From Chloroflexus aggregans DSM 9485 (GTDB lineage: Bacteria; Chloroflexota; Chloroflexia; Chloroflexales; Chloroflexaceae), in contig NC_011831.1 in NCBI RefSeq assembly GCF_000021945.1, forward strand, positions 1,313,353 through 1,377,352: DNA of 64,000 nucleotides. The letters are read 5' to 3'. The notes under the pieces were generated by a model, which was not told where the DNA came from, ran no database searches, and saw nothing but the letters and a program-made list of their open reading frames with translations. Shown one piece after another: positions 27,275 through 37,058 of the stretch (position 1 is its first letter; each line of letters starts with the position of its first letter). Position numbers and translations under genes: made by a program.

Positions 27275-28279
27275 TTATTCACGCAGAAAAGCGGCGCAGG
27301 CTTCGGGAATACTGGGATTGATAAAAATACCGCTCCCCATCTCAAAGCCGGCCATATACGACAGCCGTGGGACAACGGCCAGGTACCAGTGAAAATAGCC
27401 ATTCTCCGGCTCTTTGGCCGGCGTCGAGCGGAGCACCAGATTAAAATCGGGATCGTTGAGGCGATAGTAGAGGCGATAAAACACTTCCCGCACTACATCG
27501 GCCAGACCGTCAAGTTCCGTCTCATCGATATGAAAAAAACTAGCCCGATGTCTACGCGGCAAGATCCAGATGTGGAATGGGGAAGAGGCTGCGTAGAGCA
27601 CAAACGCGACAAAATCATCGTTTGCATACACCAATCGTTCGTTACTGGCCAGCTCATCGGCCAGCATTGCACAAAAGACACACTGGCCGGTATCATCAAA
27701 AAACCGACGCGCCTCCTCAATCCGATGCCGAACATCAGCCGGGACTACCGGCACAGCTATCAGTTGACTATGCGGATGCTGTAACGAGGCACCGGCCCGT
27801 TCACCGTGATTCTTAAAAATAACCACCTGCTCTACCCGCGGATCGGCACTCATTGCCCGACCACGCCGCAGATACATTTCCAGCACAGCCTTTACCTCGG
27901 CATTGGTCATTAACCCCAACGTTGTATTGTGATGGGGATGCTCGACCAGCACCTCGTGGTAACCATAGCCGCTCAGAGTGCGTCGCAGACCATCAAAACG
28001 ACGCATCACCGGCCCCTGATCGTGCAATGCCGGATACTTATTGCGAACAATGCGTAATTGCCACGGCCCGGTCGCCGGGTATCGTTCGACTTCAAGGTCA
28101 AGCTCTTCGTTACCAACACAGAAGGGACAGTGCGGATCGTGCAGTGGACGCTCGGCAGTTCGTGGTTGGTGTCGCGTCTCGGTGAATGCATTGGGACGGC
28201 GGGCACGTTCGCTGGCAATGATTACCCATTCACGGGTAGCAATATTCAGCCGTAATTCCGACATGAGGCTTTGCTCCAC
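27275..28279 (-). CDS. galT: Galactose-1-phosphate uridylyltransferase (HIT superfamily)
   Basis: Zinc motif CPFCVGNE and the active-site HPHSQLIAV (HxHxQ). Confidence 0.75.
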   Translation of the reverse strand: MEQSLMSELRLNIATREWVIIASERARRPNAFTETRHQPRTAERPLHDPHCPFCVGNEELDLEVERYPATGPWQLRIVRNKYPALHDQGPVMRRFDGLRRTLSGYGYHEVLVEHPHHNTTLGLMTNAEVKAVLEMYLRRGRAMSADPRVEQVVIFKNHGERAGASLQHPHSQLIAVPVVPADVRHRIEEARRFFDDTGQCVFCAMLADELASNERLVYANDDFVAFVLYAASSPFHIWILPRRHRASFFHIDETELDGLADVVREVFYRLYYRLNDPDFNLVLRSTPAKEPENGYFHWYLAVVPRLSYMAGFEMGSGIFINPSIPEACAAFLRE

Positions 28280-28421
28280 AGCGGACGGTTAGCCGCAGCT
28301 TTGCACTCTACGCTGTATTGTAGCCCCGATAGGGCAGATCGGCAAGTTGTGCCGGTTGACAAGTCATCCCTTAACGGAATAAACTAAACATCAGATGATA
28401 TGATCTTTTGGCGGAGCCATT

Positions 28422-29102
28422 ATGACAATCACCCGACGACGGCTGGTCGAGCAAGTTATCGAGCACTTACGACAACAAATTGCCACAGGCACTTACCCGA
28501 TCGGCAGCCGTTTACCACCGGAGCCACAACTGATGGCCCAAATTGGGGTTGGTCGCTCGACGGTGCGTGAAGCCATTCGGGCGCTAGCTCACGAAGGACT
28601 GCTCGAAGTCCGTCAAGGTGATGGTACGTATGTACGCGCCTTGGCTACTACCGAACCATTGGCAACGCGGCTCCGCCAGGCTAAAGTGCAAGAAGTGCAT
28701 GAGGTGCGGCGTGCGCTCGAGTTAGAAGTTGTTGCACTGGCCGCCGAACGACGGAATGACGAAGATCTCGCCGTGATCAGGCAGTGGTTGGCCGTCCGCT
28801 CGGCAGCTCTTGCTAACGGTGATATTGCCACCGCGCTCTCTGCCGACATCGAATTGCACTGTGCTATCGCCCGCGCTACCCATAACCCTACGCTTAGCGA
28901 TCTGTACCGTATATTCGCGGTTACCCTCCGTGATGCACTCGGTGTGCTGTGGGATGCGGCTGCACCATCGTCTACCGATCATTCCCACGCCGATCTGGTT
29001 GCTGCCATCGCAGCCGGTGACGCCGAAACTGCCGTCGCGATAACGCGCACGATTCTTGCCCGCCACGAAGCGACTATTCACATGCACACCGCAACCGGAT
29101 AA
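28422..29102 (+). CDS. GntR-family (FadR/FCD subfamily) transcriptional regulator
   Basis: N-terminal GntR HTH (LPPEPQLMAQIGVGRSTVREAIRALAHEGLL) and a C-terminal FCD-like helical domain. Confidence 0.8.
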   Translation: MTITRRRLVEQVIEHLRQQIATGTYPIGSRLPPEPQLMAQIGVGRSTVREAIRALAHEGLLEVRQGDGTYVRALATTEPLATRLRQAKVQEVHEVRRALELEVVALAAERRNDEDLAVIRQWLAVRSAALANGDIATALSADIELHCAIARATHNPTLSDLYRIFAVTLRDALGVLWDAAAPSSTDHSHADLVAAIAAGDAETAVAITRTILARHEATIHMHTATG

Positions 29103-29159
29103 TTTTTTATGTCTCTAATACATCAGATGATCTGATGTTTTGTAAAGTCTTGCGCACTG

Positions 29160-29960
29160 TTGTATTACTGTTGTATTACGCACGAAAGGTTGTTGAACGT
29201 GGAACTCTTCGATCTCGCCTTAATCTTTACCGCTGCATTGCTGGCCGGTGCATTGAACGCGATTGCCGGCGGCGGTAGCTTCTTTTCTTTTCCAGCCCTT
29301 TTAGTCGCCGGCGTGTCACCAATCGTCGCCAATGCGACAAATGCGTTGGCACTCTGGCCGGGCACGCTGGCGAGTGTCGGTGCCTACCGGCGCGAGCTGA
29401 GTGGTCAACGGAACGACATTTGGCTCTTCAGCGGGTTGAGCCTGATCGGTGGACTGCTCGGTGCGCTGTTGTTACTCGCTACCGATGAACAACGTTTTAC
29501 CGCCTTGATCCCGTACCTGTTACTCTTCGCCACCCTGATCTTTACCTTTAGCCCACAGATCACCACCGTAGCCCAACGGCTGGTCGGTCATGGCAGTCGT
29601 CAGCAACGCCTGTTGGTTACGGTTGTCTATTTTGCCATTGCCATCTACGGTGGTTTTTTTGGTGCCGGACTGGGGATTCTCACCCTCGCGGCTTTGGCCT
29701 TGCTCGGTCACGACAACATTCATCGGATGAATGCGCTGAAAACTTTGCAGGCGGCGCTCGTTAACGGGATTGCGGTGGCGACCTTCGTTGCCACCGGCTT
29801 GATCGCGTGGCTACCGGCCCTGATCATGACGATCGGCGCGATCGCCGGCGGCTATGGCGGTGCGGCGATTGCCCGCCGCATAGACGCCCGCCGGGTTCGC
29901 ACCGTGGTTGTGTGGATCAGCATCGGTTTGACGGTCTGGTTTTTTGTGCGTGCATCCTGA
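29160..29960 (+). CDS. TauE/SafE-family (DUF81) anion exporter membrane protein
   Basis: Multiple TM helices with duplicated GxGGG-like motifs (AGGGSFFSFP and GAGLGILT). The likely start is GTG at about 29198. Confidence 0.7.
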   Translation: MYYCCITHERLLNVELFDLALIFTAALLAGALNAIAGGGSFFSFPALLVAGVSPIVANATNALALWPGTLASVGAYRRELSGQRNDIWLFSGLSLIGGLLGALLLLATDEQRFTALIPYLLLFATLIFTFSPQITTVAQRLVGHGSRQQRLLVTVVYFAIAIYGGFFGAGLGILTLAALALLGHDNIHRMNALKTLQAALVNGIAVATFVATGLIAWLPALIMTIGAIAGGYGGAAIARRIDARRVRTVVVWISIGLTVWFFVRAS

Positions 29961-30075
29961 TCGCCATCGGTACGGTCGGATACTGAGTGGGTAGCGGTGC
30001 GCTCCCGCTGCCGACGGCGCCGCACCGCATCCCCGGCGGATCGCCCGGACGTGATCGGAGGTCACGCTACCGGTA
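29912..30075. repeat. Left copy of a 164-bp direct repeat flanking a 13-kb island (includes the last roughly 16 codons of the TauE gene)
   Basis: About 96% identical to 43107..43270. The mismatches are clustered in one 13-bp patch. Confidence 0.7.
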
Positions 30076-30105
30076 CGGTCATACGCACCGCGACAGCGGG
30101 CCAGC

Positions 30106-30516
30106 GTGCCCTTGCTCGCGCTCCGTGCGGCTCCGGGGCGCCACCGCGCCGGTGACGCAATGGATGTGCTCGACGACGGTGACACGAACCTCACGGTACG
30201 CACCACGCGCTTCCCCACCCATCACACCCACGGCACGGGCTGCACCTACGCGACGGCGACCACCGTCCCGCAGCCTGCTGGAGCAGGCCATACGCCGGGG
30301 CCACTCGTCTTTGCCGGGGGACCATCGCTGGCGTGCGGCCCATCGGTGCGGGGTAGAGGCCGGTGGCGCACTGCCGGCGCGCGATCAGGAGTGCGATCGA
30401 TGGGCGCGCGCCTGATCATCGGTGGATCGGGCGCGGTGCAATGGCAAGGCGAGAACGCCAAACGTCTCCATGCTCCCCACGCATCAAACACGACGCCCCC
30501 GTACCGGTCAACGTAA
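30106..30516 (+). pseudogene. thiD: Remnant of thiD (HMP/HMP-P kinase) C-terminus
   Basis: RFPTHHTHGTGCTYATATT resembles the ThiD NTHGTGCTLSAAIAA motif. The surrounding reading frame is disrupted and it sits in GC-rich non-coding-looking DNA. Confidence 0.3.
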
Positions 30517-30779
30517 TGATCGCCGCTGTGAAGGGGCAGGAATACGCCGGTAGGTCCCAATGCCCTCACGTGCAGAGGGTGGATGGGATGAACGCGCTTG
30601 CACCGCCGCACCTCTTCCGATAGCGGCTTGTGCGGTGCGGCGCGCGGAGTGGTTGCAGCGCAGCGCGCCGCGCTCCTGATCGAGCAGTCCGCGTGAATGA
30701 CCGGAAGAAAACATCTGGAACGCATTGACATCAGATAGAGAGTGACCTATAATTAGTTTGTCTACCGCGCAATGTACAA

Positions 30780-31030
30780 CGATAATACAGCAAAATTGCA
30801 TGCGAGTTTCAAGTGCGAAGGTTATCCGTCTATCAGGGCATGCGCGGGCATAGGGCATAGGTGGATGAGGGGCGGCCGAACGCGGTACGGTGCGGGATGA
30901 GACGGACGGTTTGTCTATCTAATGTGGTGCTGGCGAATATCGGCGGATGAAAGGCGGCTGAACGCGGTGCAGGGTGGGAATAGATAGACGGTTCTCCGTC
31001 TAACGTAGTACTGGCTGGGATAGGCAGAGG
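30780..31030. repeat. Degenerate tandem repeats of about 85 bp, with a recurring GGTTnTCCGTCTA(T/A)C motif in three copies
   Basis: The units ggatgaGGggcggcCgaacgcggt... and ggatgaAAggcggcTgaacgcggt... are about 75% identical. This is too degenerate and irregular to be a CRISPR array. Confidence 0.45.
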
Positions 31031-31318
31031 TGGTCAATCTACTTCATATTAGCCCGCTTCGTAGCCATTCGAGAAATAGAAGGGTGCGAATCGGTTATGA
31101 AATCATCTGACGCAAGGCGTAACATAACAATATACAATCAGCGTCTTCTGAAAATCAAAAAGTATAGGTCAGTATGCATGCTTTCAATCTGAGTTAGCGA
31201 GTTAACCAGCGCATGCATCCGACAAACTTCGCCTCGCTGCGCCCGGCTTGCCGTAGGTGATGCGTGGGTCCTTGGGCGTTATCACATTACCGTAATCCAT
31301 ACACAATCAGGCCAGGTA

Positions 31319-32683
31319 ATGAAAACGACAAAGAAATTTTTCGGTATATTCCCCAAAATATTATTCTTTCCAGTTCTGTTTGTTATTATGGCGTTGCCTC
31401 AATTGCTTTCCAAATCACCTTCGCCATTTTTCAGATCTATTAAGCAGCTTTTGGAATCACAATCTATTTTCACGATATTACTCATCGTTTTTGGAATACT
31501 ATTACTGATAGTACTGATAGCTGTAGTTGCTGTTCTGACAGATGATGAGTGGAAAGAAAACATGAAAAGAAAAGTTGACACTACCGAAGCAGTTAAACGC
31601 GAGCGAGGGGGAAACGGAATCTATACAGACCCGATACCGTTCATCTGGATATTTTCTGTCTTAACTTATGTCTATGTAGAGACAGGTAAAGAATGTGCTA
31701 TTGTGGACGGAGAGCGCATTATTGAAACGAAACAATGGATAACCAAATCTTTCTTCCACGATGCAGTTATCCGGTATGTTTTACTTGAGCCACCACCTCT
31801 AATTATGACTATCGAAAATGTTCGCACGCAAGATGATTTGTACCTCACTGCCGATATCTCTGTTACATACAGAGTTCGAGATCCACTTGCTATTATCAAG
31901 AAAGCTGACCCTCTGAAAATTCTACAAGAGCATGTTAAATCACAATGTACTAATTTAATAGGGCGACTAGACTATTACACTATCGCGGATAAAAAAGCCA
32001 AATATGAAAACGAGATATGTGCAGCTATCCAGCGAGAAAGCATATTACCACTTTTTGAGATTACCAGTGTTCATCTTGAGATGAAATTAGCGGTTGACCC
32101 GCGAAACGTTGAAAAGATTGAAGAACTGAAGAGACAGCAAAAAGAGAAGGATCTTCTGGTTGAAGATAGACAGAAAGAGCGTGATCATGCCCGTGAGATA
32201 GATAAAGCGAAAATCGGGGCAGGTTTAACCATTATTAAAGAGACGGCTGAAATTGCAAAAGGAAGATCGGAGTCCACCAAAGAATACATAGATTCTCTAG
32301 GTCCTAGGGCTATATTATCTATGATAGGAACTCCTTATCATAACTTAGAATCGGCTCCAAATCTACCTATGTTGACCGAAGCAACAGAAAGGTCGAGATA
32401 TGAACGTGAAAAGCCTGAACTCGATAATCTGCAAGAAAACGGTGTAATCAAAAACTATGAATCTCGATGGAGTAAAGATGGAAATTTCTGTGGCGTGGTG
32501 ATTGAGGTGGATGATGGACAAATTCATATTTTGTCCCCAAGCTATCCAGATATTGCCCCGACTATTCAATTCATTTCTAGATCAGGTCAAACTTATGAAT
32601 GGCCTATTGAAAAATGGAATGCTAATATGACTATCGTGCATGTTATCACAATTGCACTCAGTAAAATAAAACTTCTTCAATGA
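31319..32683 (+). CDS. SPFH/band-7 (stomatin/prohibitin/flotillin-like) membrane protein with a long C-terminal extension
   Basis: Two N-terminal TM helices. The SPFH core is TQDDLYLTADISVTYRVRDPLAIIKKADPLKILQEHVKSQCTNLIGRLDYY. AT-rich codon usage. Confidence 0.55.
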   Translation: MKTTKKFFGIFPKILFFPVLFVIMALPQLLSKSPSPFFRSIKQLLESQSIFTILLIVFGILLLIVLIAVVAVLTDDEWKENMKRKVDTTEAVKRERGGNGIYTDPIPFIWIFSVLTYVYVETGKECAIVDGERIIETKQWITKSFFHDAVIRYVLLEPPPLIMTIENVRTQDDLYLTADISVTYRVRDPLAIIKKADPLKILQEHVKSQCTNLIGRLDYYTIADKKAKYENEICAAIQRESILPLFEITSVHLEMKLAVDPRNVEKIEELKRQQKEKDLLVEDRQKERDHAREIDKAKIGAGLTIIKETAEIAKGRSESTKEYIDSLGPRAILSMIGTPYHNLESAPNLPMLTEATERSRYEREKPELDNLQENGVIKNYESRWSKDGNFCGVVIEVDDGQIHILSPSYPDIAPTIQFISRSGQTYEWPIEKWNANMTIVHVITIALSKIKLLQ

Positions 32684-32692
32684 GAGTTATTT

Positions 32693-33232
32693 ATGAATAA
32701 TCCTATTGATATAATGATCTTGATCGTCGTAGGATTGGCAACTTTTATAGGCTTTTTCAAATCACCAAGCTCTATTGTGATCGAAATGATATTACTTTAT
32801 GTAGCCGTGGTTCTAACCTTTCAGTATTTGGTGGGAATTAGTGAAATCATCTCAGGTATATTATCAGTAAACGAACGGGTAATATATATTCTAGGTACAG
32901 CGCTCATATTGGGGATCTATTATGGATTGATAAAGACTTACAACCAAATATATAAGCCAAAGCCCAAGAATGAATCAGGGAATCGCGTGTGGGTTTCTCG
33001 GATAATTAGCGGGAGCCTAGCACTGATTCACATTAGCTTTTTGCTAAGTGCGTTGTTTACAATGATTTATCCACTGGCCTTCGAATGTAGAGAAAGTCTG
33101 ACAGACATACCTTATGAACTATGCATTGCAGCAGATATACTTGAACACAGTGAAATCATGAACAGTAATGCGACAATCGAAATGCTTGACGTATATAATG
33201 CGATAATCCAATTTTGGATTCCACCGAGGTAA
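32693..33232 (+). CDS. Small integral membrane protein (about 4 TM)
   Basis: Hydrophobic segments are present. It follows the SPFH gene after a 9-bp gap. Confidence 0.45.
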   Translation: MNNPIDIMILIVVGLATFIGFFKSPSSIVIEMILLYVAVVLTFQYLVGISEIISGILSVNERVIYILGTALILGIYYGLIKTYNQIYKPKPKNESGNRVWVSRIISGSLALIHISFLLSALFTMIYPLAFECRESLTDIPYELCIAADILEHSEIMNSNATIEMLDVYNAIIQFWIPPR

Positions 33233-33245
33233 TTGGAGGGATAAC

Positions 33246-36038
33246 ATGCACTTAAGAGAACCTTACATTTTTACAATAAATGATTCTGTTGGCGCAAAAG
33301 GAGTTCATGCAATTTTTGCAGCGCGAGTTCCGTTTATCCCTAGCTTTATGACCAGTGATTTTACACGCTCTTTGTCGGGTGGTGGAAAAAGCCGGCTAGA
33401 ATTGATAACTGAACGGCAAGTCAGGTTCATTAACGATTTGCTAAATACCCGCAATATTGGTGTTGCCAATGAAAAAAACTCAGCCAATATAACTATTGAC
33501 TTGCGATATATTGCGCGACCAAATGCAGATAAGAAAAGATTTTCGAGTAACATAGATGTTGTTTTCTTAGGTAAAGCTTTTCACGAAGATGAGGCAACAG
33601 CAAAACGCCTTTGTCATCAATTGTGGCGCAAATTTATCGCGCATTTCCCTTTTGAGGACCCTTTTAACTATCCCCTGGAAGCAGTGAGCTTAGGAGGAGA
33701 CAGTCGGGAAGATATTGACAGGTGTATGGAAACCATGAGGGGATTGGTATATCCTATTCCATTTAATCAACTAGATTGCTCAAATAATCCCTTGCTAGAA
33801 ATACGGAAATATGAAGATTTTGATCCAGAACTTTCGCCAGGAGCAATTGAGGGATATTTTCCGCATCGTTTTATGCCCACATTCGATACTTCAGCCCTCG
33901 GCAGATTTTTAGAAACATTGGTACAACAACAGCAATTATGTGTTGCAAGCATCTGTCTTCGTCCTACACAGTTAACAAGGGATGAAGAAATCTTTCTAAT
34001 GGATTTATTAGCTAAAAATGAAACATATATAACTAAACTAACAGGGCGCAAAAAGCTTCACTTTGAAGAAAGATTCCAAGATGTCCGGGACACTTTTTGG
34101 CCCATTATTAACCGGCGTTATCACTTATTTCAAATCAAAATTCAGGTTTTGGGAGAAAAATACCCCCCAACCGATGTTTTAGAAGCACTTGGTTCAGAAT
34201 TGCTCGGAAATACTTACAAGCAAGAACCTCGTTTATGGGCTAAAGAACAACCTGCAACTATTAATGAGCTAAAAGTAGCCCTGTATAATTTTGAATGTCT
34301 GGAATATAAATCCTGGGGAAAACGAATATTATCTGACTCACGTGCTATACGCCTGCGTCAGTTAGTCACACCGACCGAAGCCGCAGGTGCTTTCCGCTTG
34401 CCCATACCACCTGAAAGTGGTTATTTGCCAGGTATTATTGTACGCGATGAGCCTTTTGTCATACCTCAAAGCACTGCGTCCAGTTCAGTAGAAAGTATTT
34501 CCTTAGGGGAGATTTTTCATCATGGTCAAGCTACAGGGGAAAACTTTTTTGTCCCTGTGCGTGATTTAGCTAAACACGTATTGATTGCTGGCGCAACTGG
34601 TAGTGGTAAAACAAACACCTGTTTGCATTTATTATCACAGCTCTATGCTGACTACAAAGTACCTTTTTTAGTTATGTATCCCATTGATAAATCAGACTAT
34701 CGGCTTTTGATCGGCGATCCTGCTATCAAAGATAGCCTTTTAATTTATACAGTAGGCGATGAAACTACATCACCATTTCGTTTTAATCCATTCTATGTTG
34801 CTGATAAAATTCTGCTCAAAACACATATCAGTTTATTGATGCGCTGTTTTTCAGCCGCGTTTAGTATGTGGGATCCTTTACCAGCAGTATATCGCGCCGC
34901 TTTACGACAAGTTTATCGAGCAAATGGATGGGATTTAGACCATGATACAGGAGAAACTGGGCGTATGCGCCAAGCAAAAACTCCTTGTATGTCACAATTT
35001 TACGAAGTTCTACTATCTGTGACAGAACAAATGACCGCAGGTTATGATGAAGAGGCCAAAGGGCGTGTGCGTCAATCGGCAGAGATTCGCTTACATGATT
35101 TGCTGCTAAATGCCGGAACAGTGGTTAATACCGAACAACCTGCGCCTATTGCTGATATTTTAAGATATCCTACCGTAATGGAATTGGGGCGAGTTGGCTC
35201 AACACAGGACACAGCGTTGATTATGGGTTTTTTGATAGTCTTGCTTATCGAGGAAATACAAAGCAACTATAGGAAGATATCAACCGAAGAACGTCAAAAG
35301 CCATTACGTCATGTGCTGCTTATTGAAGAAGCGCATAGATTGATGTCAGCTGTTCAAAACGCCAGTGAAGATTTAGCCAATCCGCAAGCAAAAGGGGGAG
35401 AAGATTTTGCTAATATTCTCGCAGAGGTGCGCGGATTTGGGCAGGGTATATTTATAGCTGAACAAATCCCAACGCAACTTGTAAATGGAGCTCTAGGTAA
35501 TACAAATTTGAAGATTATGCACAGATTGGAAGATCAAGATAGCTTCAAATTGTTTTGTGAAATTCTCAATCTGAATGAGCGGCAAAAAGAATATGTCCGT
35601 TCGTTAGAGCCTGGACAAGTTATAGTACGGGGACGGGATAGCCGACCGGTTTTTGTAAAGGTGGGTAATTATCTTGATCGTTTTCAAACGTCCGATGATT
35701 ATCCTCTTGTAGATGATAGTGACGAAGCGGTCAAAAAACTTATGAGTAGGGCAAACCTATCTGTGCGTATTCCTACCGCAATGCAATGGTATCCAGAAAA
35801 CGCTATATCCACGTCAACAAGTGCAGACATTTTACTAACTGATGACTCTCAACCCTTCTTGGAAACAGTGCAACAGGCCGTGGAAAGTGAAAATTGGGAA
35901 CGAGTTAGACGAGTAATTTCAGGGTGGTTGAATCCAGCAAATTCACAAAAAATTAAGGTCAAGCTGTGTGAGGAAATTGTCAGAAAATTGAATTACACAG
36001 GCACACAGGCCGAAATAATTCTTTCCCTTTTCAAATAA
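33246..36038 (+). CDS. HerA/FtsK-like (DUF87-type) P-loop ATPase, 930 aa, with an N-terminal extension of about 450 aa
   Basis: Walker A VLIAGATGSGKTN and DEAH-like Walker B HVLLIEEAHRLM. A downstream GFGQGIFIAEQ...R segment is typical of HerA/VirB4-type ATPases. Confidence 0.6.
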   Translation: MHLREPYIFTINDSVGAKGVHAIFAARVPFIPSFMTSDFTRSLSGGGKSRLELITERQVRFINDLLNTRNIGVANEKNSANITIDLRYIARPNADKKRFSSNIDVVFLGKAFHEDEATAKRLCHQLWRKFIAHFPFEDPFNYPLEAVSLGGDSREDIDRCMETMRGLVYPIPFNQLDCSNNPLLEIRKYEDFDPELSPGAIEGYFPHRFMPTFDTSALGRFLETLVQQQQLCVASICLRPTQLTRDEEIFLMDLLAKNETYITKLTGRKKLHFEERFQDVRDTFWPIINRRYHLFQIKIQVLGEKYPPTDVLEALGSELLGNTYKQEPRLWAKEQPATINELKVALYNFECLEYKSWGKRILSDSRAIRLRQLVTPTEAAGAFRLPIPPESGYLPGIIVRDEPFVIPQSTASSSVESISLGEIFHHGQATGENFFVPVRDLAKHVLIAGATGSGKTNTCLHLLSQLYADYKVPFLVMYPIDKSDYRLLIGDPAIKDSLLIYTVGDETTSPFRFNPFYVADKILLKTHISLLMRCFSAAFSMWDPLPAVYRAALRQVYRANGWDLDHDTGETGRMRQAKTPCMSQFYEVLLSVTEQMTAGYDEEAKGRVRQSAEIRLHDLLLNAGTVVNTEQPAPIADILRYPTVMELGRVGSTQDTALIMGFLIVLLIEEIQSNYRKISTEERQKPLRHVLLIEEAHRLMSAVQNASEDLANPQAKGGEDFANILAEVRGFGQGIFIAEQIPTQLVNGALGNTNLKIMHRLEDQDSFKLFCEILNLNERQKEYVRSLEPGQVIVRGRDSRPVFVKVGNYLDRFQTSDDYPLVDDSDEAVKKLMSRANLSVRIPTAMQWYPENAISTSTSADILLTDDSQPFLETVQQAVESENWERVRRVISGWLNPANSQKIKVKLCEEIVRKLNYTGTQAEIILSLFK

Positions 36039-36638
36039 GTGAGGTTTCAAATGATATCTGGACGAGTCAACAGCACACGAAACAATGCATCAAGATCGGT
36101 TCGGTCAACGAACATCAAGTCACGCTTTGGTCCATTAAGAGTAAGCACACCATCAAGTTCAACAAGGATCTCTACTCCAAGAATACCGCGAGTTTCCAGC
36201 GCGAGCAAGAAAAAAGCAACGAAATTTGCTAAAACAATGAAAGCAGGACGTACATTTCAGAAGCGGGTTAATAAAGAATTGATGAAAAGGCACGATAAAG
36301 TTTACTCTGAGGTGTATGTACAGGGTAAAAAATCACACAATGCTAGAATTGATCACCTTGTGGATAGTAAGAAACTACAGCCGTATTCCACCAAGAACTC
36401 AAGGTGGCACAAAGTACAAGCGACGACATGGAAAAAATATGTACGTGAGGCCGCCAAATACCCAGACCGGACTATTCTAACCAACAAGCCAGGGTATACC
36501 CATTTGAAAGGACGCAAGGTAGGTAAAAATCCTGTGTTAGTAATGCCGAAAAGGTACTTAAAAAAAGATACCCAAGCGCGTCTGCAAGAAATAAAAACTT
36601 ACGCTAGTAAAAGACGGGTTCGCATAGAATTACAATAG
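36039..36638 (+). CDS. Highly basic (Lys/Arg/Ser-rich) hypothetical protein; possible nucleic-acid-binding or toxin-like component
   Basis: Extreme K/R content. It is immediately downstream of the ATPase, and the probable true start is ATG at about 36051. Confidence 0.35.
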   Translation: MRFQMISGRVNSTRNNASRSVRSTNIKSRFGPLRVSTPSSSTRISTPRIPRVSSASKKKATKFAKTMKAGRTFQKRVNKELMKRHDKVYSEVYVQGKKSHNARIDHLVDSKKLQPYSTKNSRWHKVQATTWKKYVREAAKYPDRTILTNKPGYTHLKGRKVGKNPVLVMPKRYLKKDTQARLQEIKTYASKRRVRIELQ

Positions 36639-36647
36639 GAGGAAAAA

Positions 36648-37058
36648 ATGGACATCAACATTAAGGAAACTCTTACATCTTTGAAAATAGACTTCATTGA
36701 GTTAGAAAATGATGTTTATGGTCTTAGTATAGCTTCCACCGATGAAAGTAGTCGTAGTTTTCCAGTAGTACTATTTCAATGGACAGCTGGAGATGAGCAA
36801 GAATACATACGTTTGATAATCGCTCCTTTTATAGAGCGCCCAAATGAAGGTTTTGCTTTTGACCTGTTTGAACGGGTTTTAGCTATCAATGAACAATTAC
36901 CTAGGGCTAAATTCTTATTAGACAGTGATGGCGATTTGGGATTAGCATTGGATATAGATATTGAAGAATGGCGTTCGGAGAATTTAGCACGTGCGCTGGA
37001 CGTGTTGGGGTCATTTGCTGATTATTGTTACGAAGAATTAGAGTCTTTTGGCAAGTAA
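36648..37058 (+). CDS. Acidic small protein, YbjN/T3SS-chaperone-like; possible immunity or partner of the basic protein
   Basis: D/E-rich with a predicted alpha/beta pattern. It lies 9 bp after the basic-protein gene. Confidence 0.3.
   Translation: MDINIKETLTSLKIDFIELENDVYGLSIASTDESSRSFPVVLFQWTAGDEQEYIRLIIAPFIERPNEGFAFDLFERVLAINEQLPRAKFLLDSDGDLGLALDIDIEEWRSENLARALDVLGSFADYCYEELESFGK

Noticed and set aside
29811-30218. ORFs 29811..30218 (-) and 42793..43260 (-) sharing the peptide MTSDHVRAIRR...CTHKKPDRQTDADP
   Set aside because: The shared protein sequence is a consequence of the 164-bp direct repeat being translated antisense to the tauE 3' end. Both are spurious.
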